A stretch of DNA of 64,000 nucleotides from Candidatus Nomurabacteria bacterium (GCA_023267215.1 JAHFNS010000001.1:239507-303506); one strand, 5' to 3'. Shown: positions 10,505-20,347, counted from the first letter of the stretch. The notes: a model not told the origin generated them from the sequence alone. Numbers and translations are program-made.

Positions 10505-10590
10505 AAAAAGATACTTTTTTGGCATACGCAATATTAGTTTCGTGAACCATTGTCAGGTTCAAGTGCGAGCCGTGAAAAAGTATCTTTTTT
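10505..10590. terminator. Long bidirectional hairpin between convergent rpsA and the glucosaminidase gene
   Basis: AAAAAAGATACTTTTT...AAAAAGTATCTTTTTT 16-bp stem around a ~50-nt GC-richer loop, with A/T runs on both sides. Confidence 0.5.
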
Positions 10591-10594
10591 ATTT

Positions 10595-11221
10595 TTATGA
10601 AGTTATTGGTGCTGGAATAATTATATCTTCCGGACCAATGTCACTCATTATTTTCATCACTTGTTCAGCGTAACGAAGGACTATAGAAGGAGGATTGTAT
10701 GCGCGTAAAATTTGTTTGGTAGTTTTATCTGCATAATGTCTCTCAGTGTTAGGATTATTACCTCCTAAGTTTTTAGCTACTGTTTCAATAGCTTCTTCTA
10801 CAGTATCAAAACCTATCTTACAAGAACCCCATCCAAAAGGATTATTTTCTACTTTTATACAATCATTTCTACCTCCTGTAGATTCTCGAACAGCTATGGC
10901 GGGTATCAAACGCCAGTCAAGATCATTCTTTTCAGCTTCAATAACCATCTTTTCTCCTTGACCTGCTAAAGGCATACCATGATCTCTAAAATAAATATCA
11001 ATAGCATCAGCTTTTGCCTTCAGATCCTTAGCTTTTTGATCTAACTCCTGGTTAAAGGCTATTAAATCATGAGCTTCTATATTTTGTTTTTGTATAAATA
11101 CAGTTTGAACAGTATCTCTTGTAGTATTAGTTAAAATACTTCCCATTGGCACTGGAGTTCCAGCTACAAACGGTAAAAGAATAAGAGATTGAGCAAATCG
11201 TATTAAATTGTTTTTATTCAT
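10595..11221 (-). CDS. Secreted glucosaminidase-domain peptidoglycan hydrolase (FlgJ/mannosyl-glycoprotein endo-beta-N-acetylglucosaminidase-like)
   Basis: Signal peptide. AIAVRESTGGRNDCIKVENNPFGWG fits the glucosaminidase ESgwG...NN.FG motif. Confidence 0.45.
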   Translation of the reverse strand: MNKNNLIRFAQSLILLPFVAGTPVPMGSILTNTTRDTVQTVFIQKQNIEAHDLIAFNQELDQKAKDLKAKADAIDIYFRDHGMPLAGQGEKMVIEAEKNDLDWRLIPAIAVRESTGGRNDCIKVENNPFGWGSCKIGFDTVEEAIETVAKNLGGNNPNTERHYADKTTKQILRAYNPPSIVLRYAEQVMKIMSDIGPEDIIIPAPITS

Positions 11222-11474
11222 ATTTGAGCGGTATGTGCTCCGCCAACTTCATATAGCTTTTTAGCTTTTACTGAAAAATCCTTATTTAATAGTTGTTTAA
11301 CCTATTTAACAAAGACATACTTATATACTAGCATACTCCATATTAAAAGTCAATAGCAAGACATCATTTTAGTCATATGTCAAACTCAAAAAAGCTTGTA
11401 AAATAAGGATATTTTACAAGGTCACCATTGACAAATAAGGCTAAAATATGAATAATTTAGCCTCTGGGGATAAA

Positions 11475-11521
11475 AAGAAGGGCCGGCCTTCTCTGGATTT
11501 TAGAGAAAGTCGGCCCTTCTT
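11475..11521. terminator. Rho-independent terminator downstream of murC
   Basis: AAGAAGGGCCG...CGGCCCTTCTT 11-bp GC stem, followed on the minus strand by a T-run. Confidence 0.6.
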
Positions 11522-12853
11522 TTAGAATTTGAATAGTTTGTTGGCCACTTTATACGCCTCCCCGGCTCCCATTGTTACAAATACATCGTTTTCTCCAAGA
11601 TTTAGTTCCCTGATATAGGCTTCTGCTGATTCAAAGTCTGGGAAAGCCTTAGCTTTATCCCCCGCCAAGGTGATAGCAGAAGCCAGCTTCTCGCTTGAGA
11701 TACTCTCATCTTTAGCTTCTCTGGCAAAGAAAATAGGTAACAGGAAAATATTGTCTGCTCTCTTGAAACATTTAGCAAAGTCGTTAAATAGGGCTTTCGT
11801 CCTACTGTAGAGATGAGGCTGAAATAGAATTGTAATTTTTTTGGCTGGCTTGCCCTCCGAAGCTTTAGCGGAGGAGGGATAGATCTCTCGTAATGCTTCT
11901 AGGCTCGCCTTTATCTCTGTCGGATGATGAGCATAGTCATCATATACAATGGTACCTTCTTTGGTTTCCCCTCTTTTTTCCAATCTACGCCAAGTGCCAG
12001 AAAATTCGCTTAAAGCTTTCTTTGTAATTTCTTCATCAATATTTAAAAACTCTGCCACGGCCATAGCGGATGCCGCATTCATTCTGTTGTGTTCCCCTGG
12101 CACAGAAAGTTTCGGAACTTTATCTAAATATTTTGTGTAATCAATAACCTTTGCTTTATGTTCCTTTTTTAGAACATTAGAAACAGAAATACTGTTCGGG
12201 TCGCAAACTATAAAACTATCAGTTTGGTTTACCATTTCAGAAAAAGCAGATTCAATATCTTTTATATCTTTATAATAGTCCAAATGGTCTGCTTCAATAT
12301 TTGTGATAACCAAAATTTTAGGTTTTATATTTAAAAAAGATCTTTTGTATTCACAAGCTTCCACTACAAAAATATCACTTTCCCCTATTACTAAATTTGA
12401 ATTTGTTTCTTTTAGTAAAGACCCAACTATTACTGAAGGGTCTTTATCTGTATCAATTAAAATTTTTGAAATCATTGCAGTTGTTGTGGTTTTACCGTGA
12501 GTGCCAGAAACTGCTATTGTATTTTTATTTTCAGTTAAAATTCCAAGCATTTCTGGATAAGATTTTGATAATATTTTAGAATCTTTTATTTGTTTAAAAA
12601 TTTTAGAATCGTATTCTTCTATAGACCTAGTATAAACAATAAGCTCCGTATCAGCAGGTATATTTTCATAAGATTGACCTATCATAATTTTTGCTCCCAA
12701 TTTACTTAATTCATCAACCATTTTCCCCTCTTGCATATCCTGTCCAGTTACATCTTTACCCTCTGAAAGCATTAATCTGGCAACAGCTGAAATACCTATT
12801 CCCCCGATTCCAACGAAGTGTATATTTTTAATTTTTTGTAAATCTAGATTCAT
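11522..12853 (-). CDS. murC: UDP-N-acetylmuramate--L-alanine ligase
   Basis: N-terminal HFVGIGGIGISAVARLM signature and Mur-ligase central domain GTHGKTTTTAM. Confidence 0.9.
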   Translation of the reverse strand: MNLDLQKIKNIHFVGIGGIGISAVARLMLSEGKDVTGQDMQEGKMVDELSKLGAKIMIGQSYENIPADTELIVYTRSIEEYDSKIFKQIKDSKILSKSYPEMLGILTENKNTIAVSGTHGKTTTTAMISKILIDTDKDPSVIVGSLLKETNSNLVIGESDIFVVEACEYKRSFLNIKPKILVITNIEADHLDYYKDIKDIESAFSEMVNQTDSFIVCDPNSISVSNVLKKEHKAKVIDYTKYLDKVPKLSVPGEHNRMNAASAMAVAEFLNIDEEITKKALSEFSGTWRRLEKRGETKEGTIVYDDYAHHPTEIKASLEALREIYPSSAKASEGKPAKKITILFQPHLYSRTKALFNDFAKCFKRADNIFLLPIFFAREAKDESISSEKLASAITLAGDKAKAFPDFESAEAYIRELNLGENDVFVTMGAGEAYKVANKLFKF

Positions 12854-14217
12854 TTTAATTTTTTAACTATTTTCATAAACAAATCATTTCTTTCATATTC
12901 ATTATTAAATTGCCCGAAGGAGGCAAAAGCGGGAGAGAAAAGAATGACATCTCCTCGTGAGGCAAGACCTAACGCAGTTTTTACAGCTTCATTTAGATTT
13001 TTTACTTTTTTGTTTGGTATTTTTATTTTGTAATTTTTAAGTATCTTTTCTGTGCCACTGCCAGGAATAAAAACTACTGCCTTACAAAAAGTATTTACTA
13101 TATTTACAAAAAGATTCAAATCCAGATTTTTATCCGCACCGCCACAAATCAAAACTATTTTCCCTTCTTTGCCCGCTTGATAAAGAGCCTTAATGCCAGC
13201 AATAGTGGCTTCTAGCGTCGTCGCATTATTATCGTTATAAATTTTTACCCCTTTAACCATCTTTATGTATTGCAATCTTCCTTCTAACCCTTTAAATTTT
13301 TGAACCGTATTTTTTACTCTTGCTGTAGGAATATTGAAAAGTTTAGCTACTTCCACGGCGCAAGCGAGATTTTCTCTTTGATGCTCTCCAGGAACAATGA
13401 ATTTGTACCCTTCTGTTGTTTTTATATCAGCCACAATTAATTTTGATTTTATATTCTTATTTATGAGTTTTTTAACATGTGGTCGCACAATCAGATAATC
13501 TCCCTTTTTTTGATATTTAAAAATATTCGCTTTGTCGTCAAAATATTTTTCCATATTATCTTTATAATAATTCATATGGTCAGGCATGAAACTCGTAAAC
13601 ACAGCTATGTGTGGCGAAAAACCAGTATCACCAACTTGTCTGCCGAATTTTTGATGGCGGAAACCTTGCAGTTGCCAAGAATCAAGCTCGCAAATTAAAA
13701 TATCATTCTCTTTTACTTTTTTAAGAAGTGGAAGAGTTGCCACTCCTCTAACATTCCCTCCAATATATACTTTTCTTTTTAAGAATTTCTCATTTTTTTT
13801 CAGAATTTCATAGATAAGAGTCGTCACCATAGATTTACCTCTCGTCCCCGTCACACCCACTATCATCACTTCCGGTGCACATTTTGCGAAAAGCGACACA
13901 TCCATCTCTACAGGTATTTTGTTTTTTCTCGCTTCTTTTATATAAATAGAATCAAGTGGAACACCAGCAGCTTTTATAACCATGTCTCTGTTTCGAAAGT
14001 CTTCTAACCTGTGTTCTCCCAAAACAAACTTAATATCTTTATGTTTAGCCAGAGCTTTTACAGAAGTTGCCAATTGCTTTCTTGTTTTCAAATCCGTCAC
14101 GATCAAATTCGCCCCGCATTCCGCGAAAAATTTAGTGTACCCAAGCCCACGTCCCAAAAGCCCTAGCCCCATGACTGTGATTTTCTTTCCCTTAAATTGT
14201 TTTTTATAATCTTGCAT
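12850..14217 (-). CDS. murD: UDP-N-acetylmuramoylalanine--D-glutamate ligase
   Basis: N-terminal Rossmann-like KITVMGLGLLGRGLG, then GVTGTRGKS P-loop. Overlaps the murC start by 4 bp. Confidence 0.85.
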   Translation of the reverse strand: MQDYKKQFKGKKITVMGLGLLGRGLGYTKFFAECGANLIVTDLKTRKQLATSVKALAKHKDIKFVLGEHRLEDFRNRDMVIKAAGVPLDSIYIKEARKNKIPVEMDVSLFAKCAPEVMIVGVTGTRGKSMVTTLIYEILKKNEKFLKRKVYIGGNVRGVATLPLLKKVKENDILICELDSWQLQGFRHQKFGRQVGDTGFSPHIAVFTSFMPDHMNYYKDNMEKYFDDKANIFKYQKKGDYLIVRPHVKKLINKNIKSKLIVADIKTTEGYKFIVPGEHQRENLACAVEVAKLFNIPTARVKNTVQKFKGLEGRLQYIKMVKGVKIYNDNNATTLEATIAGIKALYQAGKEGKIVLICGGADKNLDLNLFVNIVNTFCKAVVFIPGSGTEKILKNYKIKIPNKKVKNLNEAVKTALGLASRGDVILFSPAFASFGQFNNEYERNDLFMKIVKKLK

Positions 14218-14264
14218 AATTTTATACTTAACACTTTCTGACGATCGTTTAAAACTGTTAACAA

Positions 14265-15551
14265 TTATTTAAATATTTTCTTAAACTCTTCTATATCATC
14301 AAAATGCGACTTCACTCCTTTTATTTCTTGATAATCTTCATGCCCTTTACCAGCACAAAGAATCACATCTCCTTTGTTTGCTAATTCCACAGATTGCTCT
14401 ATGGCCAAGCGACGATCCACAATAGTTATCACTTTCTTATTTTCTTCGTGAGTCAAATCCCCTTTCATGTCATCAATTATTTTATCAGGGTTTTCACTCC
14501 TCGGATTGTCGGAAGTAAAAATGGCAATGTCTGACAAATCTGCTCCTATCTTCCCCATTTTAGAACGTTTTGATTTATCACGATCACCACCACAACCAAA
14601 AACAGAGATAATCCTTCCCGCCTCGGGCTTAATTTCTTTCACAGCTAAAAGAATTTTTTCCAACGCATCTGGCGAGTGAGCATAATCTACAACAACTAAG
14701 ACGCCTTCTCTAGAAGTGAAATGTTCAAATCTTCCTCTTGGAGGCTGTATTCTCTCTAAAACCTTATTAACCTTCCCCATATCAAAAAAAAGAAGTTTGG
14801 AAGCGCCCCAAACAGCAAGCAAATTGTAAGCATTAAATTTTCCTAAAAGTTTTGAATTTACTTTTTCTCCATTGAAATCAAGTTCTAGTCCATTAAAATC
14901 TGATTTTAAAATTTTGCCATAAAAGTTTTCTTCCCCAAAGACGGTCTTCGGGGAGTTTCCCCGAAGACCGTCTTTGGGGAATTCTATAAAACCATAAAAG
15001 AACTTTTCTGCCTTAATGTCATCAAGCATTCCATTACCATAATCATCATCCATATTTGAGAGAGCAAAAGCAGTCCTAGGCAACATTTCAAAAAATTTCT
15101 TTTTAGCCTTGAAATAATTTTCAAAATCTCTGTGGTAATCCAAATGGTCGTGCGTTAGATTAGTGAAAATTCCACCAGTGAAATTTATCCCCGTTACCCT
15201 ATTTTGATCGAGTGCATGAGAAGAAACCTCCATAAATACATATTCACAGCCTTTTTCTACCATTTCCTTAAAAATCTTCGTCAAAGAAACAGAATCTGGG
15301 GTGGTAGCCGGGATTGGTTTATTAGAGTTTAATTGTAACTTTTCTTTCCCTACCAATATTTCTACAGTACTAATAAGTCCAGCCTTGTAGCCCAATTCTA
15401 TTGCTACTTCATATAAAAGAGTCGCTGTCGTCGTCTTGCCATTTGTCCCCGTCACGCCAATTATCTTTAATTTTCTAGATGGGTTTCCATAACGAATTCT
15501 CGCTACAAAAAGTTTCCCCGCCCACCATATATTTTTTAATTTCTTTAACAT
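14265..15551 (-). CDS. murE: UDP-N-acetylmuramoyl-L-alanyl-D-glutamate--2,6-diaminopimelate (or L-Lys) ligase
   Basis: IIGVTGTNGKTTT P-loop and the MurE-specific DNPR motif (FTSDNPRSENP). Confidence 0.85.
   Translation of the reverse strand: MLKKLKNIWWAGKLFVARIRYGNPSRKLKIIGVTGTNGKTTTATLLYEVAIELGYKAGLISTVEILVGKEKLQLNSNKPIPATTPDSVSLTKIFKEMVEKGCEYVFMEVSSHALDQNRVTGINFTGGIFTNLTHDHLDYHRDFENYFKAKKKFFEMLPRTAFALSNMDDDYGNGMLDDIKAEKFFYGFIEFPKDGLRGNSPKTVFGEENFYGKILKSDFNGLELDFNGEKVNSKLLGKFNAYNLLAVWGASKLLFFDMGKVNKVLERIQPPRGRFEHFTSREGVLVVVDYAHSPDALEKILLAVKEIKPEAGRIISVFGCGGDRDKSKRSKMGKIGADLSDIAIFTSDNPRSENPDKIIDDMKGDLTHEENKKVITIVDRRLAIEQSVELANKGDVILCAGKGHEDYQEIKGVKSHFDDIEEFKKIFK
14931..14981. repeat. 51-bp perfect GC-rich hairpin embedded in-frame in murE
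   Basis: TTCCCCAAAGACGGTCTTCGGGGA-GTT-TCCCCGAAGACCGTCTTTGGGGAA: 24-bp perfect stem with a 3-nt loop. Total length 51 nt, i.e. 17 codons. Confidence 0.85.
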
Positions 15552-15552
15552 A

Positions 15553-15765
15553 TTATTTCATTTTTTTAAATCTATCAACTTTCTTCCCATCCACAACAGT
15601 TTTTTCTAAAAATATCTTGAGTGGTCTTATCCACAATCCTTTTTCTCCATAAAGTGCTTTATAAACAACAAAATCTTCCAGGGTTTCGCTATGCTTAGCT
15701 ACTCCAATCACCTTATATTTTCCTCCCTTGAAATGTTTATATTTCCCAAGTTCTACCTTTTTCAT
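15553..15765 (-). CDS. DUF1653-domain protein
   Basis: YKHFKGGKYKVIGVAKHSETLEDFVVYKALYGEKGLWIRPLKIF matches the conserved DUF1653 core. Confidence 0.6.
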   Translation of the reverse strand: MKKVELGKYKHFKGGKYKVIGVAKHSETLEDFVVYKALYGEKGLWIRPLKIFLEKTVVDGKKVDRFKKMK

Positions 15766-15813
15766 AAATTTTATAAACTTCTTAACCTAACATATATATT
15801 AGACTAATAATTT

Positions 15814-18378
15814 TTAATTTATTAAAGACTTACGATGCTGAGGGGCATTTATGAGTCCGCATTTTTTATATTTATAGACTTCCCCTGTGGCTGGATTGAT
15901 AGCCCCGCAAGGACAAGGATCATTCCTACCTACATTCATGTTATCTTCAATTGTTTTTTTGGTGTCTGAAAATTCGGGAGATTCGGTATGGCTTGTGATG
16001 AAGGCTTGCCCCGCCTGAGATAGGCGGGGTGAACTTTCGGCCTCACTTACTTCTGCTTCTACGTTTATCCTACTTTCAGTATTAATAGTCTCAACAAGCG
16101 AAAAAACCTGTTCCTTAAAGGCTTCTTCCATGCCTCGAAACATCATTAACCCTTCTTTTTTGTATTCTACTATCGGTTCCCTTTGTCCATAAGCACGTAA
16201 ATTTACAGAAGAACGTAAATAATCCATAGCTTCCAAATGTTCCATCCAGAGAGTGTCTGTGGTATAGAGAGCAATCCTACGAACAGTTTCAAAAAATGCC
16301 TCCTCGCCAAGTTTTTCTTTCTTTTCTTTTACTATTTTTCCAAATTTTTCTTTGTCTTCGTAATTTTCTTCAATCTGAATTAATAACTTTTCTATCTCCT
16401 CTTTATTAGAGCGCATCATTTTCTGTCGTCTTTCGTAAATAATTTTACGTTGATGGTTCATAACATCATCATATTCAAGGGTATTTTTACGAGCATCAAA
16501 ATGAAAACCTTCTATTTTAGCTTGAGCATTTTCAAGTGATCGACTGATAAAACCATTTTCTATCGGTACATCTTCTGGAATACCAAAACGACCCATCATG
16601 GTTTTTATCCGTTCTGATCCAAAGACTCTCATCAAATCATCTTCAAGTGAAACATAAAATTGAGTTTCTCCTGGATCTCCTTGTCTGCCTGCGCGACCTC
16701 GAAGTTGATTGTCTATTCTCCTCGCTTCATGACGTTCAGTGCCAAGCACAAATAAACCGCCAATATTTTTTACAAATTCATATTCTTCTTTTTTTATAGG
16801 ATTCCCTCCAAGTTTGATATCTATGCCACGACCAGCCATGTTTGTGGCAATAGTCACAGCACCTCTACGGCCCGCTTGTGCAATTATTTCTCCTTCTTTT
16901 TCGTGGTTCTTAGCATTCAAAATAACATGTGGAACACCTTCTTGTTTTAAATAAACAGATAAAAGTTCATTCTTCTCAATAGAAATAGTACCGATCAAAA
17001 CTGGCTGACCGTGTTCATTTAATTCTTTAACTTTTTTAGCGATAGCTTTGAACTTACCCTTTTCATTTTGAAAAATTAAGTCTGAATGATCTCCGCGAAT
17101 TACTGGTCGATTGGTTGGAATCACTATCACATCTAAGCCATAAACTTTTAAAAATTCTTCAGCAGAAGTAAGAGCTGTTCCTGTCATTCCTCCTAACTTT
17201 TTATAAAATCTAAAATAATTCTGGAAAGTAATAGAGCCACTGGACCTCGTCTCTTTTTCTATTTTTACACCTTCTTTGGCTTCAATCGCTTGGTGAATCC
17301 CTTCAGACCATCTTCGGCCAGGCTGAAGTCTACCAGTAAATGGATCAACAATAATAACTTCCCCTTCTTTTACTACGTAGTCTCGATCACGTTCGAAAAT
17401 TGCTTGAGCTTTCACAGCGGTTTCTAAATGATGCACATATTTTATACCTTTTTCAGTATAAATATTTTGTATTCCTAGTAAATTTTCAGCTTTTGTTATA
17501 CCTTCATCTGTTAAAGTAATCGCTTTTAATTTTTCATCTACTTTATAATCAGTATCTTTTTTTAATTGTTTGGCAATTTGGTAAAATTTAACATAAAAAT
17601 CTTCTGAATCACCAGAAGAAGAAGAAATAATAAGTGGAGTTCGAGCTTCATCTATTAAAATAGAGTCCACTTCGTCGACTATCGCAAAATAATGTCCTCT
17701 TTGCACAAGATCATTTATATTTGTTGCTAAATTGTCGCGCAAATAATCAAAACCATATTCATGATTTGTACCATAAGTGATATCTGCATTATAAGCTTCT
17801 TTGCGAGAACAAGGTTTTAAAAATTCATAAAGTATTTTAAATTCTGAAATTTTTTCTTCCTCTGTGTTTTCTTTGTGTGCTGGATCATAACGATAAGAAA
17901 CATTTTGAGAATTAATTACTCCTGTCAAAAGTCCTAAAAAATTATAGACTTGCCCCATAAGCACCGCGTCTCGACGAGCCAAATAATCATTCACAGTGAT
18001 CAAATGTACCCCTTCTCCAGTTAGAGCATTTAAATAAATCGGCAATGGAGCAACGTTGGTTTTTCCTTCACCAGTTTTCATTTCAGCGATCTTGCCCTTA
18101 TGAAGAGCAATACCTCCGACAAGCTGAACATCATAAAGCCTGATTCCTAGGGTTCTCTTTTGTGCTTCTCGAACAAGAGCAAAAGCTTCTGGTAAAATAT
18201 CATCTAGGCTTTCTTTTTTGGCTAATCTTTCTTTAAATTCTAAGGTCTTTTTTGGGAAATCCTCATCTAATAACTTTGAAATATCAGCTTCAAAAGCATT
18301 AATTTTGGCCACTATTTCTTTAGTGTCTTTTATGAACTTAGAACTTGTATCACCGAATATTTTGCTATATAAACTCAT
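15814..18378 (-). CDS. secA: Preprotein translocase ATPase SecA
   Basis: 854 aa. Walker A MKTGEGKT, DEVD Walker B, and a C-terminal zinc-binding tail (CPCGAINPATGEVYKYKKCG). Confidence 0.95.
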   Translation of the reverse strand: MSLYSKIFGDTSSKFIKDTKEIVAKINAFEADISKLLDEDFPKKTLEFKERLAKKESLDDILPEAFALVREAQKRTLGIRLYDVQLVGGIALHKGKIAEMKTGEGKTNVAPLPIYLNALTGEGVHLITVNDYLARRDAVLMGQVYNFLGLLTGVINSQNVSYRYDPAHKENTEEEKISEFKILYEFLKPCSRKEAYNADITYGTNHEYGFDYLRDNLATNINDLVQRGHYFAIVDEVDSILIDEARTPLIISSSSGDSEDFYVKFYQIAKQLKKDTDYKVDEKLKAITLTDEGITKAENLLGIQNIYTEKGIKYVHHLETAVKAQAIFERDRDYVVKEGEVIIVDPFTGRLQPGRRWSEGIHQAIEAKEGVKIEKETRSSGSITFQNYFRFYKKLGGMTGTALTSAEEFLKVYGLDVIVIPTNRPVIRGDHSDLIFQNEKGKFKAIAKKVKELNEHGQPVLIGTISIEKNELLSVYLKQEGVPHVILNAKNHEKEGEIIAQAGRRGAVTIATNMAGRGIDIKLGGNPIKKEEYEFVKNIGGLFVLGTERHEARRIDNQLRGRAGRQGDPGETQFYVSLEDDLMRVFGSERIKTMMGRFGIPEDVPIENGFISRSLENAQAKIEGFHFDARKNTLEYDDVMNHQRKIIYERRQKMMRSNKEEIEKLLIQIEENYEDKEKFGKIVKEKKEKLGEEAFFETVRRIALYTTDTLWMEHLEAMDYLRSSVNLRAYGQREPIVEYKKEGLMMFRGMEEAFKEQVFSLVETINTESRINVEAEVSEAESSPRLSQAGQAFITSHTESPEFSDTKKTIEDNMNVGRNDPCPCGAINPATGEVYKYKKCGLINAPQHRKSLIN

Positions 18379-18730
18379 ATATATATCTTAACATATATAG
18401 GCACAACTAAAAAATCCTCCTAACCTAAGTCGGAGAATTTTTTAGAAGTAGGAAAAGACTATGCTCGCTTCTTTGTTGTCTTTTTTGCTTTTGCCTTCTT
18501 TGCAACTTTCTTTTTTGCTGCCATATTATTTTTTGTGCTAGCTTCACTAGAAGTGAAATTCGCAAAATTATTTTTTAATTTAGTTTGCAATAATACGACC
18601 TCAAAATATTTTTCAATTAAAAAGAAAAATATTTTTAATTAATTACTGCTGAACAATTTAATTATCTCGCATATTAAAAAAGAACACAATACTTTTTTCA
18701 CAAAACTGTGGATAACTTTTTAAAAATAAA

Positions 18731-18765
18731 AAATCTGCAAAAATATTTTTGCAGATTTTTTATTT
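18731..18765. terminator. Bidirectional rho-independent terminator downstream of ddl
   Basis: AAAAAATCTGCAAAAATATTTTTGCAGATTTTTT: perfect hairpin flanked by A and T runs. Confidence 0.6.
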
Positions 18766-18868
18766 TATTATTTTCATTTGAAGCGGGTGATGGCGAAACT
18801 CCAACATATGTGCCTATGTGAGTGCGATCACCCGCTACAGATAAAAATAATTTGATAGTTAAATTATA

Positions 18869-19741
18869 TCATAATAATACGTTATCAAAAATATGCTCAA
18901 TGACTTGATGCATATTCGTACCCACTAAACCACAAACTTGTGAAAGATGTGACTCTGGTTTCAGATCTGGAATCATCTCAAAATTTAACAAATATACCTT
19001 ATTTCTTTTATCTAAAATAAAATCTAATTTTAGATAATGCCGAACTCCCATATTCATATGTAATTTTTGGGCAATATTAATTAACTTTTCTTTCTCAGAA
19101 GAAGTAAAAGTACCAAAAGTATTTCCAAATGGAAAAGTGTATAAATTTTCCCCTCTAAAAAATGGCACCAAATGAAGAGAGGCTACTTTCCCTTCTATAA
19201 ATTCTTCAACTAAAATGTTTTTTTGATCTCTTGTTGTATTATCAAACACTTCCACTAATTCAGGAAAAGTCTTTATTAATTTAATTTCATTATTAATTTT
19301 TACAACCCAAGGTGAAGAAAATCTTTTAAAAACTTCTTGTGCATTTTTGGGAGAGACTATACATCTAGGCATTTTTATTCCCATCTTTTTAATTTTTTCC
19401 TGAAATTTTTCTTTGCTAATTTCAAAAAAAGGAGAAAAAGCCGGAATCCCAATATTTTTTATAGAATGACTTTCAAGAATATTAGAAAATCTTTGATGGG
19501 ACAAATTCCAAACCATATCTACCTTATATAATAATTTCATTGGTTCTATGGGCAAACCATTTAAATGCCAATTCCCTTCTTTATCTATCAAAATATCAAA
19601 AGGTTTATATTTATGAGATAAGTTTTCCAAAATATAAGAAATTATCTCCCCTCCTTTACGTAAAGAAGATTCGTAATGTTCATAATCACCTCCCCGCAAG
19701 ATACCTATACGTATTTTATCTTTTTCTTTTTTTTCTGGCAT
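18869..19741 (-). CDS. ddl: D-alanine--D-alanine ligase-like ATP-grasp enzyme
   Basis: N-terminal KIRIGILRGGDYEHYESSL resembles Ddl's KIRVGVLFGGRSAEHEVSL. Central VVKINNE and EEFIEGKVASLHLV are ATP-grasp patterns. Confidence 0.65.
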   Translation of the reverse strand: MPEKKEKDKIRIGILRGGDYEHYESSLRKGGEIISYILENLSHKYKPFDILIDKEGNWHLNGLPIEPMKLLYKVDMVWNLSHQRFSNILESHSIKNIGIPAFSPFFEISKEKFQEKIKKMGIKMPRCIVSPKNAQEVFKRFSSPWVVKINNEIKLIKTFPELVEVFDNTTRDQKNILVEEFIEGKVASLHLVPFFRGENLYTFPFGNTFGTFTSSEKEKLINIAQKLHMNMGVRHYLKLDFILDKRNKVYLLNFEMIPDLKPESHLSQVCGLVGTNMHQVIEHIFDNVLL

Positions 19742-19800
19742 CTAAATATTATAACACAGCTCAGCATTCTCCAGATTACATTTCATAATTAATCTTTTAG

Positions 19801-19850
19801 GCACCTCACCCCCTTACCCCCTCTCCAGATTACTGGCGAGGGGGTTTCGT
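19801..19850. repeat. GC-rich palindromic repeat, partial copy B
   Basis: GCACCTCACCCCCTTACCCCCTCTCC...GAGGGGG, immediately upstream of the DUF559 gene. Confidence 0.7.
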
Positions 19851-19864
19851 TATATAATTATTTA

Positions 19865-20218
19865 GTGACTCAATTTAAAACAATAATTAAAACTATATAT
19901 CTAAGAAAAAAAGAAACAAAAGCAGAAAAAATACTCTGGCAGGAATTAAGAAATAGCAATCTTGGTATAAAGTTTAGAAGACAATATCCTATTGATATGT
20001 ATATTCTTGATTTTTATGCACCTAAAATAAGACTTTCTATAGAACTTGATGGTTCTATCCATAAGCTAAAAGAAACTAAAGAATATGACGTAGAAAGAAG
20101 AATGTATTTAGAATCTAAATATATTTATGAATTAAGGTTTTGGAATTCTGAAATAGAGAATAATTTAAATTCAGTTTTAAACAAAATTAAAACAAAAATT
20201 AAAGAATTACATCACTAA
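19865..20218 (+). CDS. DUF559 (Vsr-like / PD-(D/E)xK endonuclease-like) domain protein
   Basis: TKAEKILWQELRN...GIKFRRQYPI..YILDFY...LSIELDGSIH...D.ERR..L...G..ELRFWNSEI matches the DUF559 consensus almost position by position. Confidence 0.75.
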   Translation: MTQFKTIIKTIYLRKKETKAEKILWQELRNSNLGIKFRRQYPIDMYILDFYAPKIRLSIELDGSIHKLKETKEYDVERRMYLESKYIYELRFWNSEIENNLNSVLNKIKTKIKELHH

Positions 20219-20220
20219 AA

Positions 20221-20347
20221 TGCACCTCACCCCTTCCCCGCTCCATTTTAATAAAATGGAGCGGGGTTGATGCGAAGCAGACGGGGTGAGGTGCATTTTT
20301 CTCCCCTCTCTGGTACTCCGGAGAGGGGGCAGGGGGTGAGGTGTATT
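20221..20347. repeat. GC-rich palindromic repeat, double copy C
   Basis: First, the 75-nt near-perfect palindrome TGCACCTCACCCC-TTCCCCGCTCC...GGAGCGGGG...GGGGTGAGGTGCA. Then CTCCCCTCTC...GGAGAGGGGGCAGGGGGTGAGGTG. Confidence 0.8.

Noticed and set aside
10505-10590. tRNA-like T-arm sequence GGTTCAAGTGCGAGCC inside the long hairpin after rpsA
   Set aside because: There is no acceptor stem, D-arm or anticodon arm. The flanks are a simple AT-rich inverted repeat. I interpret it as a terminator hairpin.
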